DNA of 61,612 nt, filler included. It is 3 parts of 3 records of this genome, joined end to end, with 100 filler letters (N's around TTAATTAATTAA, not from the genome) between each part and the next. Parts side by side here need not be neighbours in the genome. Positions count along the whole stretch, not along the records: positions 21,828 to 43,491 come from SRR22947727_730; 2 more parts are not named here. The stretch is one strand, 5' to 3'. Position numbers and translations under genes: made by a program. Under the pieces are notes generated by a model. That model was not told where the DNA came from. It worked only from the letters and a program-made list of their open reading frames with translations, and searched no databases. Below are positions 30,810-41,161 of the stretch, in pieces (within the stretch, counting starts at the first letter, position 1; every line of letters begins with the position of its first letter).

Positions 30810-31552
30810 TTTTTTGATTCTTGCACATGAAATATTTTTTTTAAGGTTTTAAATTTTGGTTTTTTAGTTGTCATTTGCATTTTTTTGATCCCTGCAATTG
30901 CTTTCGAGGGACTTAAGCCTTTTGGGCAAACATCTGCACAATTCATAATATTATGACAACGGTACAATCGATCAGGATCATCAAGATCTTCAAGACGCTC
31001 CTCATTTGCGTCATCCCTACTATCTACTAAAAATCTATAGGCTTGAAGTAAGCCTGCTGGTCCTACAAATTTATCAGGTTTCCACCAAAATGAAGGGCAT
31101 GAAGTTGTACAAGCGCCACATTGTATACATTCATACAAGCCATCAAGCTTTTTTCTATCCTCTGGAGACTGTAAACGCTCTTTCTTAGGTGGAGGTTTTT
31201 TATTTTTAAGATATGGGTCTATTGAATCGTAATGTTTAAAAAATTGCTTCATATCCACTACAAGATCTCTTATCACAGGAAGCCCAGGAATAGGTCTAAT
31301 AACTATAGGTTTTTTTAGGTCATCAATTTTTGTAACGCATGCTAGGCCATTTTTACCATTTATATTCATTGCATCAGAGCCACAAACACCTTCACGACAT
31401 GACATTCTCATCGAAAGTGAATCATCCATAGCTTTTATTTTTATTAATAAATCTAATAGCATCGTATCGGAATCAGCTCTCTTTACGTCGTAAACCTTGT
31501 TGTATGGTTTTTTATCTTTATCTGGATTAAATCTGTAAATTGAAATTTTCAT
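30806..31552 (-). CDS. sdhB: Succinate dehydrogenase iron-sulfur subunit
   Basis: SCREGVCGSD, ECIQCGACTTSCP and CHNIMNCADVCP motifs. Confidence 0.98.
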   Translation of the reverse strand: MKISIYRFNPDKDKKPYNKVYDVKRADSDTMLLDLLIKIKAMDDSLSMRMSCREGVCGSDAMNINGKNGLACVTKIDDLKKPIVIRPIPGLPVIRDLVVDMKQFFKHYDSIDPYLKNKKPPPKKERLQSPEDRKKLDGLYECIQCGACTTSCPSFWWKPDKFVGPAGLLQAYRFLVDSRDDANEERLEDLDDPDRLYRCHNIMNCADVCPKGLSPSKAIAGIKKMQMTTKKPKFKTLKKIFHVQESKK

Positions 31553-31559
31553 ATTATGT

Positions 31560-33308
31560 TCAATAAACCCTTTCTTTTAACGGAAATGATTTAACACTTA
31601 AAGGTTGCATTTTTACAGGTCGGTAAGCTAAAGATCCATCTTTTGGGCTATATAAGGAATGTTTTAACCAAGAATTATCATCTCTTTTTGGATAATCAGA
31701 CCTTGAATGCGCCCCTCTACTTTCCTCTCTATTTTTGGCTGAAGCCATTGTTGCTAAAGCGACCTCAATTAAGTTTTGTAACTCAAGTGCTTCCGATCTT
31801 GCTGTGTTGAAAACTTTAGAATTATCTTTAATAGATATATTTCTTATTCTCTGCTTCAAATCAACTACCTTACCCAGTCCCTCATTAAGTAGTTCTGGAG
31901 TGCGAAAAACACCACAATGTTTTTGCATTACCGCTCTTAGCTCTTCACCTAACTCCCTTGGATCCTCCAAAGAGCCTTTTGTATCTATTTTTTTTAATCT
32001 TTCTATAGTTTTTTTTGTTACATCATTAGGTAGTTTTTTTAACTTCTTTCCTTTTGATGAATCTAGAATATGTTGGCCAGCTGCTTTTCCGAAAACAATC
32101 AAATCTAAAAGAGAGTTAGATCCTAGGCGATTTGCACCATGAACAGAAACGCATGCGCATTCTCCCACTGCATAAAAACCATTTACTTCTTTTTGTTTGA
32201 CACCATCTCTGACTTGGCCATTCAAGGTTGTTGGAATTCCTCCCATCATATAGTGAACTGTTGGGACAACAGGGACTGGATCCTTAACAGGGTCAACATT
32301 TGCAAATTTAATTGAGATCTCTCTAATCCCAGGTAACTTTTCGTTTATTAACTCTTCACCCAAATGAGATAAAGTGAGATAAACACCATTTTTATTGGCA
32401 CCAATTCCCCTTCCCTCCAAAACCTCTTGAGCAATTGATCTTGAAATTACATCTCTACTTGCTAAATCTTTTGCGCTCGGCGCGTAACGCTCCATAAAGC
32501 GTTCATTTTTTGAATTTATTAGATAGCCCCCTTCACCACGAACACCCTCTGTAACGAGGACACCCGCACCAAGAATTCCAGTGGGATGAAATTGCCAAAA
32601 CTCCATATCTTCTAAGCTAATATTTGCTCTTGCTGCCATGCCTAGACCATCGCCTGTATTTATGAACGCATTAGTGCTTGCTTGAAAAATTCTTCCCGCC
32701 CCACCTGTTGCGAAAATAGTATTCTTTGCATGAAAGATGCCCAAATCCCCTGTTTGCAGTTCCAAGGCAATTAATCCAAGAACATCTCCATCCTCATCCC
32801 TAATCAGATCTAGACCAATCCATTCAATAAAAAATTGTGTCTTAAGCTCAATATTTTTTTGATAAAGGGTATGCAGCATTGCATGTCCCGTTCTGTCTGC
32901 CACCGCACAAGTTCTTGAGATTGATGACTCACCAAAGTTTTTTGTCATTCCACCAAATGGTCTCTGATAAATACGGCCATCATTATTTCTATCAAAAGGC
33001 ATTCCCATATGTTCAAGTTCATATATCGCTTCAGGTGCATTTTTGCACATGTATTCGATAGCATCCTGGTCACCTAGATAATCTGAGCCTTTGATCGTGT
33101 CATACATGTGCCATAACCATTTATCATCAGAAACATTAGCTAGCGCTGCAGCAATACCTCCTTGGGCAGCAACAGTATGAGATCTGGTAGGAAAAACTTT
33201 TGAAATAACAGCTACACTTTGACCCGCACCAGCAAGTTGCATAGATGTTCTTAATCCAGCACCACCGCCACCAACAACAATAGAATCAAATTCAAAATTT
33301 TTAACCAT
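31560..33308 (-). CDS. sdhA: Succinate dehydrogenase flavoprotein subunit
   Basis: [16 protein letters not shown] (FAD-His), QFHPTG and [13 protein letters not shown] motifs. Confidence 0.98.
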   Translation of the reverse strand: MVKNFEFDSIVVGGGGAGLRTSMQLAGAGQSVAVISKVFPTRSHTVAAQGGIAAALANVSDDKWLWHMYDTIKGSDYLGDQDAIEYMCKNAPEAIYELEHMGMPFDRNNDGRIYQRPFGGMTKNFGESSISRTCAVADRTGHAMLHTLYQKNIELKTQFFIEWIGLDLIRDEDGDVLGLIALELQTGDLGIFHAKNTIFATGGAGRIFQASTNAFINTGDGLGMAARANISLEDMEFWQFHPTGILGAGVLVTEGVRGEGGYLINSKNERFMERYAPSAKDLASRDVISRSIAQEVLEGRGIGANKNGVYLTLSHLGEELINEKLPGIREISIKFANVDPVKDPVPVVPTVHYMMGGIPTTLNGQVRDGVKQKEVNGFYAVGECACVSVHGANRLGSNSLLDLIVFGKAAGQHILDSSKGKKLKKLPNDVTKKTIERLKKIDTKGSLEDPRELGEELRAVMQKHCGVFRTPELLNEGLGKVVDLKQRIRNISIKDNSKVFNTARSEALELQNLIEVALATMASAKNREESRGAHSRSDYPKRDDNSWLKHSLYSPKDGSLAYRPVKMQPLSVKSFPLKERVY

Positions 33309-33654
33309 TAAAAATCACCAATAAGAAATAAGGTAAATATATAAGTTGCGCGAGCGTTAGAAGTAAAAAAATTATATTTATTAAAGTCTTCAAAAAACTA
33401 AATTTAATATAGTCATCAATCACGTGCTGAACCCCAATCCATGCATGAATAATCATAAATAAAAAAAAAATAAAGGTTGTCCATCTCATCCATAAAGGTG
33501 ACATTAAAGCCACCCATGATTCGAAAGTAAATGCATTAAAAAAAAGATAAAATACAATAATTCCTGAGTAGGCAATCATAAAAAATGCTGTAAACCTTTG
33601 ATAAAGCCATTGCGTCATTCCACCAAATGGAGATTTTAGGCTAACTCTACTCAA
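33301..33654 (-). CDS. sdhD: Succinate dehydrogenase membrane anchor
   Basis: WLYQRFTA and [13 protein letters not shown] motifs. Confidence 0.93.
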   Translation of the reverse strand: MSRVSLKSPFGGMTQWLYQRFTAFFMIAYSGIIVFYLFFNAFTFESWVALMSPLWMRWTTFIFFLFMIIHAWIGVQHVIDDYIKFSFLKTLINIIFLLLTLAQLIYLPYFLLVIFNG

Positions 33655-34016
33655 ATCAAAAAAACCAGTGCAGTGAAAATAAAACTCAAGATTAATACTG
33701 TTTTGCTGGTTAACCTCGCGATAATTAAATCATTTCCAATCTGCATATCTAATAATAAATGCCGACATCCTGCAATAAAATGATGAAAGATGCCCCACAC
33801 TAACAATGCGCTTAAAATCCTTACAGGCCATAAATCAAAGATTGATATGACATTAGCAAAACCATTTGAGGACATTAGGCTTATTGAAAAGCCAATCGTA
33901 ATAAATGGCATAAGTAAAAAAATAATTACTCCACTCATACGGTGCATTATTGATACTATGGCGGGAATTGGGAATCGAATGGTGAATAGATTCAAGTTTT
34001 TAGGTTTTTTACTCAT
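33651..34016 (-). CDS. sdhC: Succinate dehydrogenase cytochrome b556 (start revised to ATG 34016)
   Basis: KPKNLNL..IRFPIPAIVSIMHRMSG and HHFIAGCRHLLLD; the track's extension to 34058 overlaps the malic enzyme gene. Confidence 0.94.
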   Translation of the reverse strand: MSKKPKNLNLFTIRFPIPAIVSIMHRMSGVIIFLLMPFITIGFSISLMSSNGFANVISIFDLWPVRILSALLVWGIFHHFIAGCRHLLLDMQIGNDLIIARLTSKTVLILSFIFTALVFLI

Positions 34017-34024
34017 AGTCTGAA

Positions 34025-35212
34025 TCAGGCTGCATCCTGAACAGCTTTTGCAACCCAATCAATCAATCTTGAATCAAAGGGTTTGGGAATTATATATTCA
34101 GGCCCAAAGGTTAATGATTTTAAGCCGTAGGCTTCAAGAACGTCTTGTGGAACTGGCTCCTTAGCTAAACTTGCTAGTGCTTTTGAGGCGGCTATCAACA
34201 TTTTATCGGTTATTTCGGTAGCTTTTGCGTCTAAAGCCCCCCTAAATAGAAATGGAAACCCAAGAACATTGTTTACTTGATTAGGAAAGTCAGACCTACC
34301 TGTAGCCATCACAATATCATCTCTAATTTGGTGTGCGTCAGAGGGAAGTACTTCAGGATCTGGGTTAGCTAATGCAAAAATAATAGGGTTAGCTGCCATA
34401 CTCAGTAAATGCGATTCTTTTAAAAGATTAGCCCCAGAAACACCAATAAATACATCCGCATCAATAATACATTGATCTAATGTATTACTTTTTGTATCAA
34501 CAGCAAGATCTTGATTATATTGATTTAAATCTTTTCTATTTTTATTTAAGACTCCTTTTCTATCAACTAATGTAATATTTTTTGCCCCCATTTTTTTTAA
34601 GAGTCTTGCGCATGAGCAACCGGCTGCACCAGCACCTAAAAAAACGATCTTTACCTCACCAATCATTTTTTCTTGGATTTCTAAGGCATTCACTAAACCG
34701 GCTGCCACAATAACTGCCGTGCCATGTTGGTCATCGTGAAAAACAGGTATATCTAACCTTTTTTTGAGTTCATCTTCAATGTAAAAGCAATTTGGTGCTG
34801 CAATATCTTCTAAGTTAATACCTCCAAAAGTTGGTGCTATATTCTCAACAGTCCTTATAAATTCATCAGGATCCTTGCAGTTAACTTCGATATCAAATAC
34901 ATCTATATTTGCAAACCTTTTAAACAGGACACCTTTGCCTTCCATAACGGGTTTACCTGCTAGAGCCCCAACATCACCCAAACCAAGAACTGCTGACCCA
35001 TCCGTAATGACGGCGACTAAATTTCCTTTATTTGTATATCTATAAGCATTTTTTTCGTCTTTTGCTATCTCATTAACCGGCACCGCCACACCTGGTGTAT
35101 AGGCAAGAGATAACTCTTCAGCTGTTGCACAGGGTTTTGATGCTTCAACACTTAACTTGCCTGGAATTGGAAATTCATGGTAATCCAGGGCTTTTTTTTC
35201 GTTTGATTTCAT
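34025..35212 (-). CDS. maeB: NAD(P)-dependent malic enzyme, short form without PTA domain
   Basis: ALDYHEFP.PGK, LSLAYTPGVA, GKPVMEGK, INLEDI, FHDDQHGTA, GAGAAG, TGRSDFPNQVNN. Confidence 0.92.
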   Translation of the reverse strand: MKSNEKKALDYHEFPIPGKLSVEASKPCATAEELSLAYTPGVAVPVNEIAKDEKNAYRYTNKGNLVAVITDGSAVLGLGDVGALAGKPVMEGKGVLFKRFANIDVFDIEVNCKDPDEFIRTVENIAPTFGGINLEDIAAPNCFYIEDELKKRLDIPVFHDDQHGTAVIVAAGLVNALEIQEKMIGEVKIVFLGAGAAGCSCARLLKKMGAKNITLVDRKGVLNKNRKDLNQYNQDLAVDTKSNTLDQCIIDADVFIGVSGANLLKESHLLSMAANPIIFALANPDPEVLPSDAHQIRDDIVMATGRSDFPNQVNNVLGFPFLFRGALDAKATEITDKMLIAASKALASLAKEPVPQDVLEAYGLKSLTFGPEYIIPKPFDSRLIDWVAKAVQDAA

Positions 35213-35220
35213 TAATTTTC

Positions 35221-35928
35221 CTAGTCAAGTTCTGATCGGTAATAGTGGCTGTCTGAAATGCAAAGTCCTAATCTCCATTCAAGAGGTTTGTTTTCATAAG
35301 TATAGGAAATACGTTCGACACTTAGCAGAGGTGTATTTTCTTTAACATTTAAAAGCGACGCAGATTCAAAATTAGCGTTGATAGCCCTAATTTTTTCATC
35401 AGCACGCAACATCGCTACCCCAAAATCTGTTTCATACATGCGGTACATTGATCCTTTTTTTTCAACAACCATTTCAGCTGTTAAGCCTCTAAATGATTGT
35501 GCAGGTATTTTAATGACATCAAGAATTAGTGGTTTTTCGTTAAAAGTTAAAACTCTTTTTAAAGAGATGATTGTTGAAGCAGGATTAATATTTAAAACCT
35601 TTGCAAGTTTATTAGTTGCCTTTTCTTTTGAAAATGAAACCAATTGATTATCTAGCTTTTCTTTTAATCCAAAGTTAGATGTTAGCCTTAAAAAGCGAAG
35701 TTGAATGTTTTCCTCATTGTGGGTTGCAACATAAGTACCCTTGCCCTGTCTTCGTATTAAAATACTTTCTGCACTCAGCTCGTCAATTGCCTTTCTAACT
35801 GTGCCTTGACTAACCTCATAAACATTTGCAAGCTCGGTCTCACTAGGTATCGCCTCACCAGGACTCCATTCACCCTGAACCAAACTTGCTGTAATTTTCT
35901 TTTTAACCTTTTCGTAGAGTGGCTGCAT
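35221..35928 (-). CDS. GntR/HutC-subfamily regulator, SdhR-type
   Basis: PLYEKVK, IPSETELA, VSQGTVRKAIDEL, RRQGKGTYV winged HTH plus UTRA domain; heads the sdh operon as in other Betaproteobacteria. Confidence 0.92.
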   Translation of the reverse strand: MQPLYEKVKKKITASLVQGEWSPGEAIPSETELANVYEVSQGTVRKAIDELSAESILIRRQGKGTYVATHNEENIQLRFLRLTSNFGLKEKLDNQLVSFSKEKATNKLAKVLNINPASTIISLKRVLTFNEKPLILDVIKIPAQSFRGLTAEMVVEKKGSMYRMYETDFGVAMLRADEKIRAINANFESASLLNVKENTPLLSVERISYTYENKPLEWRLGLCISDSHYYRSELD

Positions 35929-35956
35929 AAATAAATTCCAATTAAATTTAAAAAAT

Positions 35957-35977
35957 TCTTATATATCTTATATAAGA
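35957..35977. promoter_or_regulatory. Candidate SdhR operator 1
   Basis: Perfect 12-bp palindrome TCTTATATAAGA (35966-35977) preceded by an extra TCTTATATA half-repeat. Confidence 0.75.
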
Positions 35978-36088
35978 GTTATTAATTAATCAACATATAT
36001 TTAAAAAAATATTTATAGGGTAAAAATTATATTAAATTATTGTTTTTAAACGTATTTATGATAATAAATTTAAATTTAATTCATATAC

Positions 36089-36100
36089 TCTTATATAAGA
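36089..36100. promoter_or_regulatory. Candidate SdhR operator 2
   Basis: Second exact TCTTATATAAGA, 13 nt upstream of the -35 of the rightward promoter. Confidence 0.75.
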
Positions 36101-36113
36101 CTTTAAAAATTTA

Positions 36114-36142
36114 TTGACATATATTTTACATATGCCTAAAAT
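36114..36142 (+). promoter_or_regulatory. sigma70 promoter of the mcl2-mch-lyase-prpBCD operon
   Basis: TTGACA (36114-36119), 17-nt spacer, TAAAAT (36137-36142). Confidence 0.7.
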
Positions 36143-36171
36143 CGTTGCAATTAATGTAATTGTATATTTTT

Positions 36172-37047
36172 ATGACAAAATATTTTCGTCCAAGAAGGTC
36201 GATGCTTTATGTTCCTGGTTGCAATAGGCGTTACTTGGAAAAAGCAAAGACTTTAAAAGTTGACTCCATTATTCTTGACTTAGGTGATCCAATTCTGATC
36301 GAAGCTAAAGAGGAATCAAGATCAAATGTTGTTGATTTTTTAAACCAAAAAAAATACGGAAAACGTGAGGTTGTTGTTAGGGTTAATGACTTTGACTCAC
36401 CTTGGGGGATAAATGACATTAAGGCTGTAGCAAATGCAGAACCTGACGCTGTTCTTTTTCCCAATATTGAGTCAAGCCAAGATGTTTTAAATGCGATTAA
36501 TGAGCTTGATAAAGCAGGTGGAAAGAACATACCTGTCATGCTGATGATTGAAAGCCCTAAGGGCGTTTTACATGCCGAGGAAATTGCAGCGACATCTTCA
36601 AGGATTGCATGCCTAATACTTGCTACATCAGATTTGATTTCACAGTTACATGCAAGAACAACGCAAACTAGAGTGGCTGTCCTCCACAGCCTATCCCGAG
36701 TAATTCTTGCTGCAAGGGCTTATGATCTTGCTGTCATTGACGGCATTCATAGCAATCTTAAGGCTACAGATGCCTTTGAGTATGCATGTAGAATTGGTCG
36801 TGATATGGGTTTTGATGGAAAATCTTTGGTACACCCCGACCAACTACCCTACGCAAATGACGCCTATTCTCCCAAATTAAGTGAAGTTAAAAATGCTCGT
36901 GAGATTATCTCTTCTCTCGCCGAAGCAAATGCTACAGGGAGAGGCACAGTCGTGGTAAACGATAGGTTAGTTGAGCACCACCATGTAAATGCAGCCAAAA
37001 GACTTCTCGGGCTCCACGAGTTGATTGAGGAGTTAAGTAATGAGTAA
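36172..37047 (+). CDS. CitE-family protein most like (3S)-malyl-CoA thioesterase Mcl2
   Basis: RRSMLYVPG..LEKA, VVRVN, MIESPKGVLHAEEIAA, GRDMGFDGKSLVHP and GTVVVNDRLVE recall Rhodobacter Mcl2; the usual DLED reads DLGD here. Confidence 0.8.
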   Translation: MTKYFRPRRSMLYVPGCNRRYLEKAKTLKVDSIILDLGDPILIEAKEESRSNVVDFLNQKKYGKREVVVRVNDFDSPWGINDIKAVANAEPDAVLFPNIESSQDVLNAINELDKAGGKNIPVMLMIESPKGVLHAEEIAATSSRIACLILATSDLISQLHARTTQTRVAVLHSLSRVILAARAYDLAVIDGIHSNLKATDAFEYACRIGRDMGFDGKSLVHPDQLPYANDAYSPKLSEVKNAREIISSLAEANATGRGTVVVNDRLVEHHHVNAAKRLLGLHELIEELSNE

Positions 37048-38104
37048 GATAGGTGGAAATTTTCTTGAAGACTTTCAATACGGTGACATAATTCATCATG
37101 CTATACCAAGATCTATTACCTCTGGTGATGCATCCATGTTTCTTGGTCTGACTGGGACGAGGTATCCCCTATTTTGCGCTAAAAACTTTGCAAATTCTCT
37201 AGGTTATGATTCAACACCAGTTGATGACATTCTTTTATTTAATATCGCTTTTGGAAGAACTGTTCAGGATATTTCCCTAAATGCAGTGGCAAACCTTGGC
37301 TATGCAGAGGTTATATTCCATTCGCCTGTTTTTTTTGGTGATACCGTTTCTAGTCAATCTGAGATTATAGGCATCAAAGAAAACTCAAATAAAACTAATG
37401 GGATTGTTTATGTCCATTCATCTAGCTTTAATCAACACGATAAAATGGTATTGAGCTGGAAGCGTTGGGTGATGATTCCAAAAAGAGATAAAAATAAAAC
37501 TATAAAAGAAGTTCTCCCTAAAAATATAAAACCTGAAGTTGCGGTTGAACGAATGAATATTCCTGGCTTTCTTAAAACAAATAACTTTAATGACATAGCT
37601 TCGGGCTCATCATTAAGGTGGGAGGACTATCATGAAAACGATGAAGTTAATCATAGTCGAGGGCTTACCATTGATGAAACCTCACATACCTTAGCAACTC
37701 ATTTATATCAAAATGATGCAAAGTTGCATTTTAATGCGCATCAAATGAAAGCCTCTCCATTTAAAAGAAGACTTGTTTATGGTGGACACGTTATATCGTT
37801 GTGCCGCTCTATTGCTCACGAGGGCTTTGAAAACAACCTTATCATGACAGCTATTCATGCAGGAACTCACTCAAATCCTGTCTTGGCAGACGACACGTTA
37901 TATGCGAAAACAATTATCACTGGCAAGGATGAATTGCCAGATCATCAAGATATTGGAGTTTTAAAACTAAAGTTAATAGGTATTAAAAACCAAATACCGA
38001 GCTCGCTAAAATCTATTTATCAAGAGAATGTAGAAAGTAAAATTTATAACAAAAATGTTGTTTTAGATCTTGATTACAGCATTGTTGTGCCTAAAGGAAA
38101 ATAA
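37040..38104 (+). CDS. mch: Mesaconyl-CoA hydratase / beta-methylmalyl-CoA dehydratase (double MaoC hot-dog)
   Basis: GNFLEDF, HAIPRS, FGRTVQDISLNAVANLGYAE, IGIKENSN, RWVM.PKRD, YQNDAKLHFN and VYGGHVIS, all characteristic of Mch. Confidence 0.88.
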   Translation: MSKIGGNFLEDFQYGDIIHHAIPRSITSGDASMFLGLTGTRYPLFCAKNFANSLGYDSTPVDDILLFNIAFGRTVQDISLNAVANLGYAEVIFHSPVFFGDTVSSQSEIIGIKENSNKTNGIVYVHSSSFNQHDKMVLSWKRWVMIPKRDKNKTIKEVLPKNIKPEVAVERMNIPGFLKTNNFNDIASGSSLRWEDYHENDEVNHSRGLTIDETSHTLATHLYQNDAKLHFNAHQMKASPFKRRLVYGGHVISLCRSIAHEGFENNLIMTAIHAGTHSNPVLADDTLYAKTIITGKDELPDHQDIGVLKLKLIGIKNQIPSSLKSIYQENVESKIYNKNVVLDLDYSIVVPKGK

Positions 38105-38105
38105 T

Positions 38106-39095
38106 ATGAAACTAGTTCACCCAAACGAAGCCCTTTTTCAGGGAGAAAAACCGTTCCCAGCTATCCCATGCTGTGAACATTTTGCAGGTAGTGAGAAATT
38201 AATTACAAAAGCACTATCATTTCAAGAGGAGCTTGGTCCTATTTTTGATATTACTTGTGATTGTGAAGATGGAGCTGCAACTGGCCAAGAAGAAGAACAC
38301 GCAGAGATGATTGTAAAAGTTTTAAGCTCTGACCTGAATAAATATAAAATGGCTGGAGTAAGGATACATGATTATACCCATTCCTCCTGGAAGAAAGATG
38401 TTGACATTATTTTGAGCGGGATTGGAGAAATTGTTTCTTATATCACCATACCAAAATCAACAACTTTTTCTCAGGTCGATGAAATGGTTAGTTATATTAA
38501 AAATAGATCTAATGAGCTTGGGATAGAAAAAGCTATACCCATTCATATTCTTATTGAAACACATGGTGCCCTTAAGGATGTTCAACAAATTGCAACTATT
38601 GATTGGGTTCAAGTCCTTGATTTTGGTCTAATGGATTTTGTGAGTGGTCATCATGGGGCAATCCCAGCCAGTGCGATGCGAAGCCCTGGACAATTTGATC
38701 ACAAACTTCTCTCAAGAGCAAAATCTGAAGTTGTCGCGGCCGCAATTGGCAACGGTGTAATTCCTGCCCACAATGTAACGCTCGACCTAAAAAATGCAGA
38801 GGTAACTCATAGTGATGCTAAACGTGCTCGAGAAGAGTTTGGATTTTTAAGGATGTGGAGTATTTATCCAACTCAAATTAAGGCAATTGTTGATGGAATG
38901 AAGCCAGATTATAGTGAAGTAATTGATGGGGCAAAAATTTTACTTGAGGCTCAAAAATCAAATTGGGGACCAATACAATATGCTGGAGAATTGCATGATA
39001 GAGCAACTTACCGATATTTTTGGAAAATGCTTCAAACTGCAAAACTTTCAGGGATGGCACTTCCAGATGATTCGGTAAATGCTTTTTTTAGCTAA
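38106..39095 (+). CDS. HpcH/CitE-family lyase, the type found next to mdh/sdh in Betaproteobacteria (start revised to ATG 38106)
   Basis: HPNEALF, CEHFAGSEK, DCEDGA, VRIHD, LIETHGAL, DFGLMDFVS, RMWSIYP, ELHDRATYRYFW. Confidence 0.85.
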   Translation: MKLVHPNEALFQGEKPFPAIPCCEHFAGSEKLITKALSFQEELGPIFDITCDCEDGAATGQEEEHAEMIVKVLSSDLNKYKMAGVRIHDYTHSSWKKDVDIILSGIGEIVSYITIPKSTTFSQVDEMVSYIKNRSNELGIEKAIPIHILIETHGALKDVQQIATIDWVQVLDFGLMDFVSGHHGAIPASAMRSPGQFDHKLLSRAKSEVVAAAIGNGVIPAHNVTLDLKNAEVTHSDAKRAREEFGFLRMWSIYPTQIKAIVDGMKPDYSEVIDGAKILLEAQKSNWGPIQYAGELHDRATYRYFWKMLQTAKLSGMALPDDSVNAFFS

Positions 39096-39989
39096 ATGAC
39101 TATGGAAAATAAAATGACTCCGGGGCTATTATTTAAAAAAGCTATTGAAGCGGAAAGGCCTTTACAAGTTATTGGCGCTATAAACGCTTACCATGCAAAA
39201 TTTGCAGAAAAAACAGGATACAAAGCGATTTATTTATCAGGTGGTGGAGTTGCAGCTGGCTCCCTAGGCGTTCCTGATTTAGGTATCTCAACCTTAGAGG
39301 ATGTATTAATTGATATAAGAAGGATTACAGATTCGACATCACTCCCCCTCCTTGTTGATGTTGATACAGGATTTGGTGGTGCCTTCAATATTGCAAGAAC
39401 GATTCGCAGTGTAGAAAAATCAGGTGCTGCTGCAGTTCATATAGAAGATCAAATTCAAGCAAAAAGATGCGGACATCGTCCAAATAAGTCAATCGTTAGC
39501 CAGAATGAAATGGTGGATCGAATAAAAAGTGCGGTAGATGCAAAAAATGATGAAAATTTTGTCATTATGGCAAGGACAGATGCCTTGGCAGTGGAAGGCT
39601 TGCAATCTGCAATCGATAGAGCTTGCGCATGCGTTGAGGCTGGTGCAGATATGATTTTCCCCGAGGCAATAAATGATTTGGATACCTATAAAAAGTTTAC
39701 AAAATCTCTTGATGTCCCTGTACTGGCTAATATTACTGAATTTGGTGCCACCCCATTGTTTTCTTTAGATGAATTAGATTCTGTAGGTATAGCTATCGCT
39801 CTTTACCCTTTGAGTGCATTTAGGGCGATGAATAAGGCAGCCCTCAACATATACAAAGGTCTCAGGAAAGAAGGAACACAAAAAAATCTGGTTGAACAAA
39901 TGCAGACAAGAGAGGAATTATACGAATTTCTTGATTATCATGAATACGAAAAAAAACTCGATCAACTTTTTAAAAAAGAAAAAGACTGA
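39096..39989 (+). CDS. prpB: 2-methylisocitrate lyase
   Basis: KRCGH signature (isocitrate lyase has KKCGH), [21 protein letters not shown]. Confidence 0.97.
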   Translation: MTMENKMTPGLLFKKAIEAERPLQVIGAINAYHAKFAEKTGYKAIYLSGGGVAAGSLGVPDLGISTLEDVLIDIRRITDSTSLPLLVDVDTGFGGAFNIARTIRSVEKSGAAAVHIEDQIQAKRCGHRPNKSIVSQNEMVDRIKSAVDAKNDENFVIMARTDALAVEGLQSAIDRACACVEAGADMIFPEAINDLDTYKKFTKSLDVPVLANITEFGATPLFSLDELDSVGIAIALYPLSAFRAMNKAALNIYKGLRKEGTQKNLVEQMQTREELYEFLDYHEYEKKLDQLFKKEKD

Positions 39990-40000
39990 GGAGGTTATGT

Positions 40001-41143
40001 ATGCCAACTGAACCTAAAAAAGTAAAAAAAGGTGTCGCTTTAGCAGGCGTTAATGCTGGGACAACTGCTGTTTGCACAGTGGGTCATTCAGGAAACGATT
40101 TACATTATCGTGGGTACGATATTCTAGAGTTAGCTAAAGAATGCTCATTTGAAGAAGTTGCTTTTTTACTCATTCACGGTGAACTTCCAAATGTCACGCA
40201 ATTGGATAAATACACAAATCAACTAAAAAAATTAAGAGATATACCCGCTCATCTTAAAACAGTTTTAGAACAAATTCCTAAAGATGCGCATCCTATGGAT
40301 GTAATGCGCACGGGATGTTCAATGCTTGGGATTTTAGAGCCTGAAGCTAGCGATCACAATATTGATAAAACCAAAAAGATAGCAGATCGACTTATATCAT
40401 GCTTCAGTTCAATTTTAATTTATTGGTATAAATTTTCTCATGAAGGTATACGTATTGAATGCAAAACAGATGAGGACTCTATTGCTGGACATTTTCTTCA
40501 TTTGCTCCACGGTAAGACCCCTTCATCATTACATGAGAGGTCTATGAATATTTCATTGATACTTTATGCTGAACATGAATTTAATGCTTCAACATTTGCT
40601 GCAAGGGTCATCACAGGAACATTATCTGATTTATATTCCTCTATCACAGGAGCAATCGGTGCACTCAGAGGCCCAAAACATGGTGGCGCCAACGAGGTAG
40701 CAATGGAAATCATCAGTCGCTATAACACACCCGATGAAGCTGAAGCTGATATAAGGGCGCGCATGGCTAAAAAAGAAATTATTATAGGCTTTGGACATCC
40801 AGTGTATACAATTTCTGATCCCAGAAATGAGTGTATCAAAGAAGTATCAAGAAATTTATCTGAAGATTCTGGGGATATGAAACTCTTTAAGATATCAGAT
40901 CGTATTGAAAAAGTGATGTGGGAAGAGAAAAAAATGTTTCCTAACCTTGATTGGTATAGTGCCTCCTGTTACCACTTAATGGGAATTCCAACATCAATGT
41001 TTACTCCTATATTCGTCATATCAAGAACATCTGGTTGGGCTGCGCACGCTATAGAACAAAGGATTGATAACAGAATTATTAGGCCAAATGCTGAATATAA
41101 TGGCCCAGCTGATAGACCAATAGCACCAATACAACAAAGATAA
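40001..41143 (+). CDS. prpC: 2-methylcitrate synthase
   Basis: [40 protein letters not shown]; lies between prpB and prpD. Confidence 0.95.
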   Translation: MPTEPKKVKKGVALAGVNAGTTAVCTVGHSGNDLHYRGYDILELAKECSFEEVAFLLIHGELPNVTQLDKYTNQLKKLRDIPAHLKTVLEQIPKDAHPMDVMRTGCSMLGILEPEASDHNIDKTKKIADRLISCFSSILIYWYKFSHEGIRIECKTDEDSIAGHFLHLLHGKTPSSLHERSMNISLILYAEHEFNASTFAARVITGTLSDLYSSITGAIGALRGPKHGGANEVAMEIISRYNTPDEAEADIRARMAKKEIIIGFGHPVYTISDPRNECIKEVSRNLSEDSGDMKLFKISDRIEKVMWEEKKMFPNLDWYSASCYHLMGIPTSMFTPIFVISRTSGWAAHAIEQRIDNRIIRPNAEYNGPADRPIAPIQQR

Positions 41144-41161
41144 AAAAAAGGAAAATAAAGA

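Noticed and set aside
39096-39989. Isocitrate lyase (glyoxylate shunt)
   Set aside because: The KRCGH signature, size and prpC/prpD context indicate PrpB.
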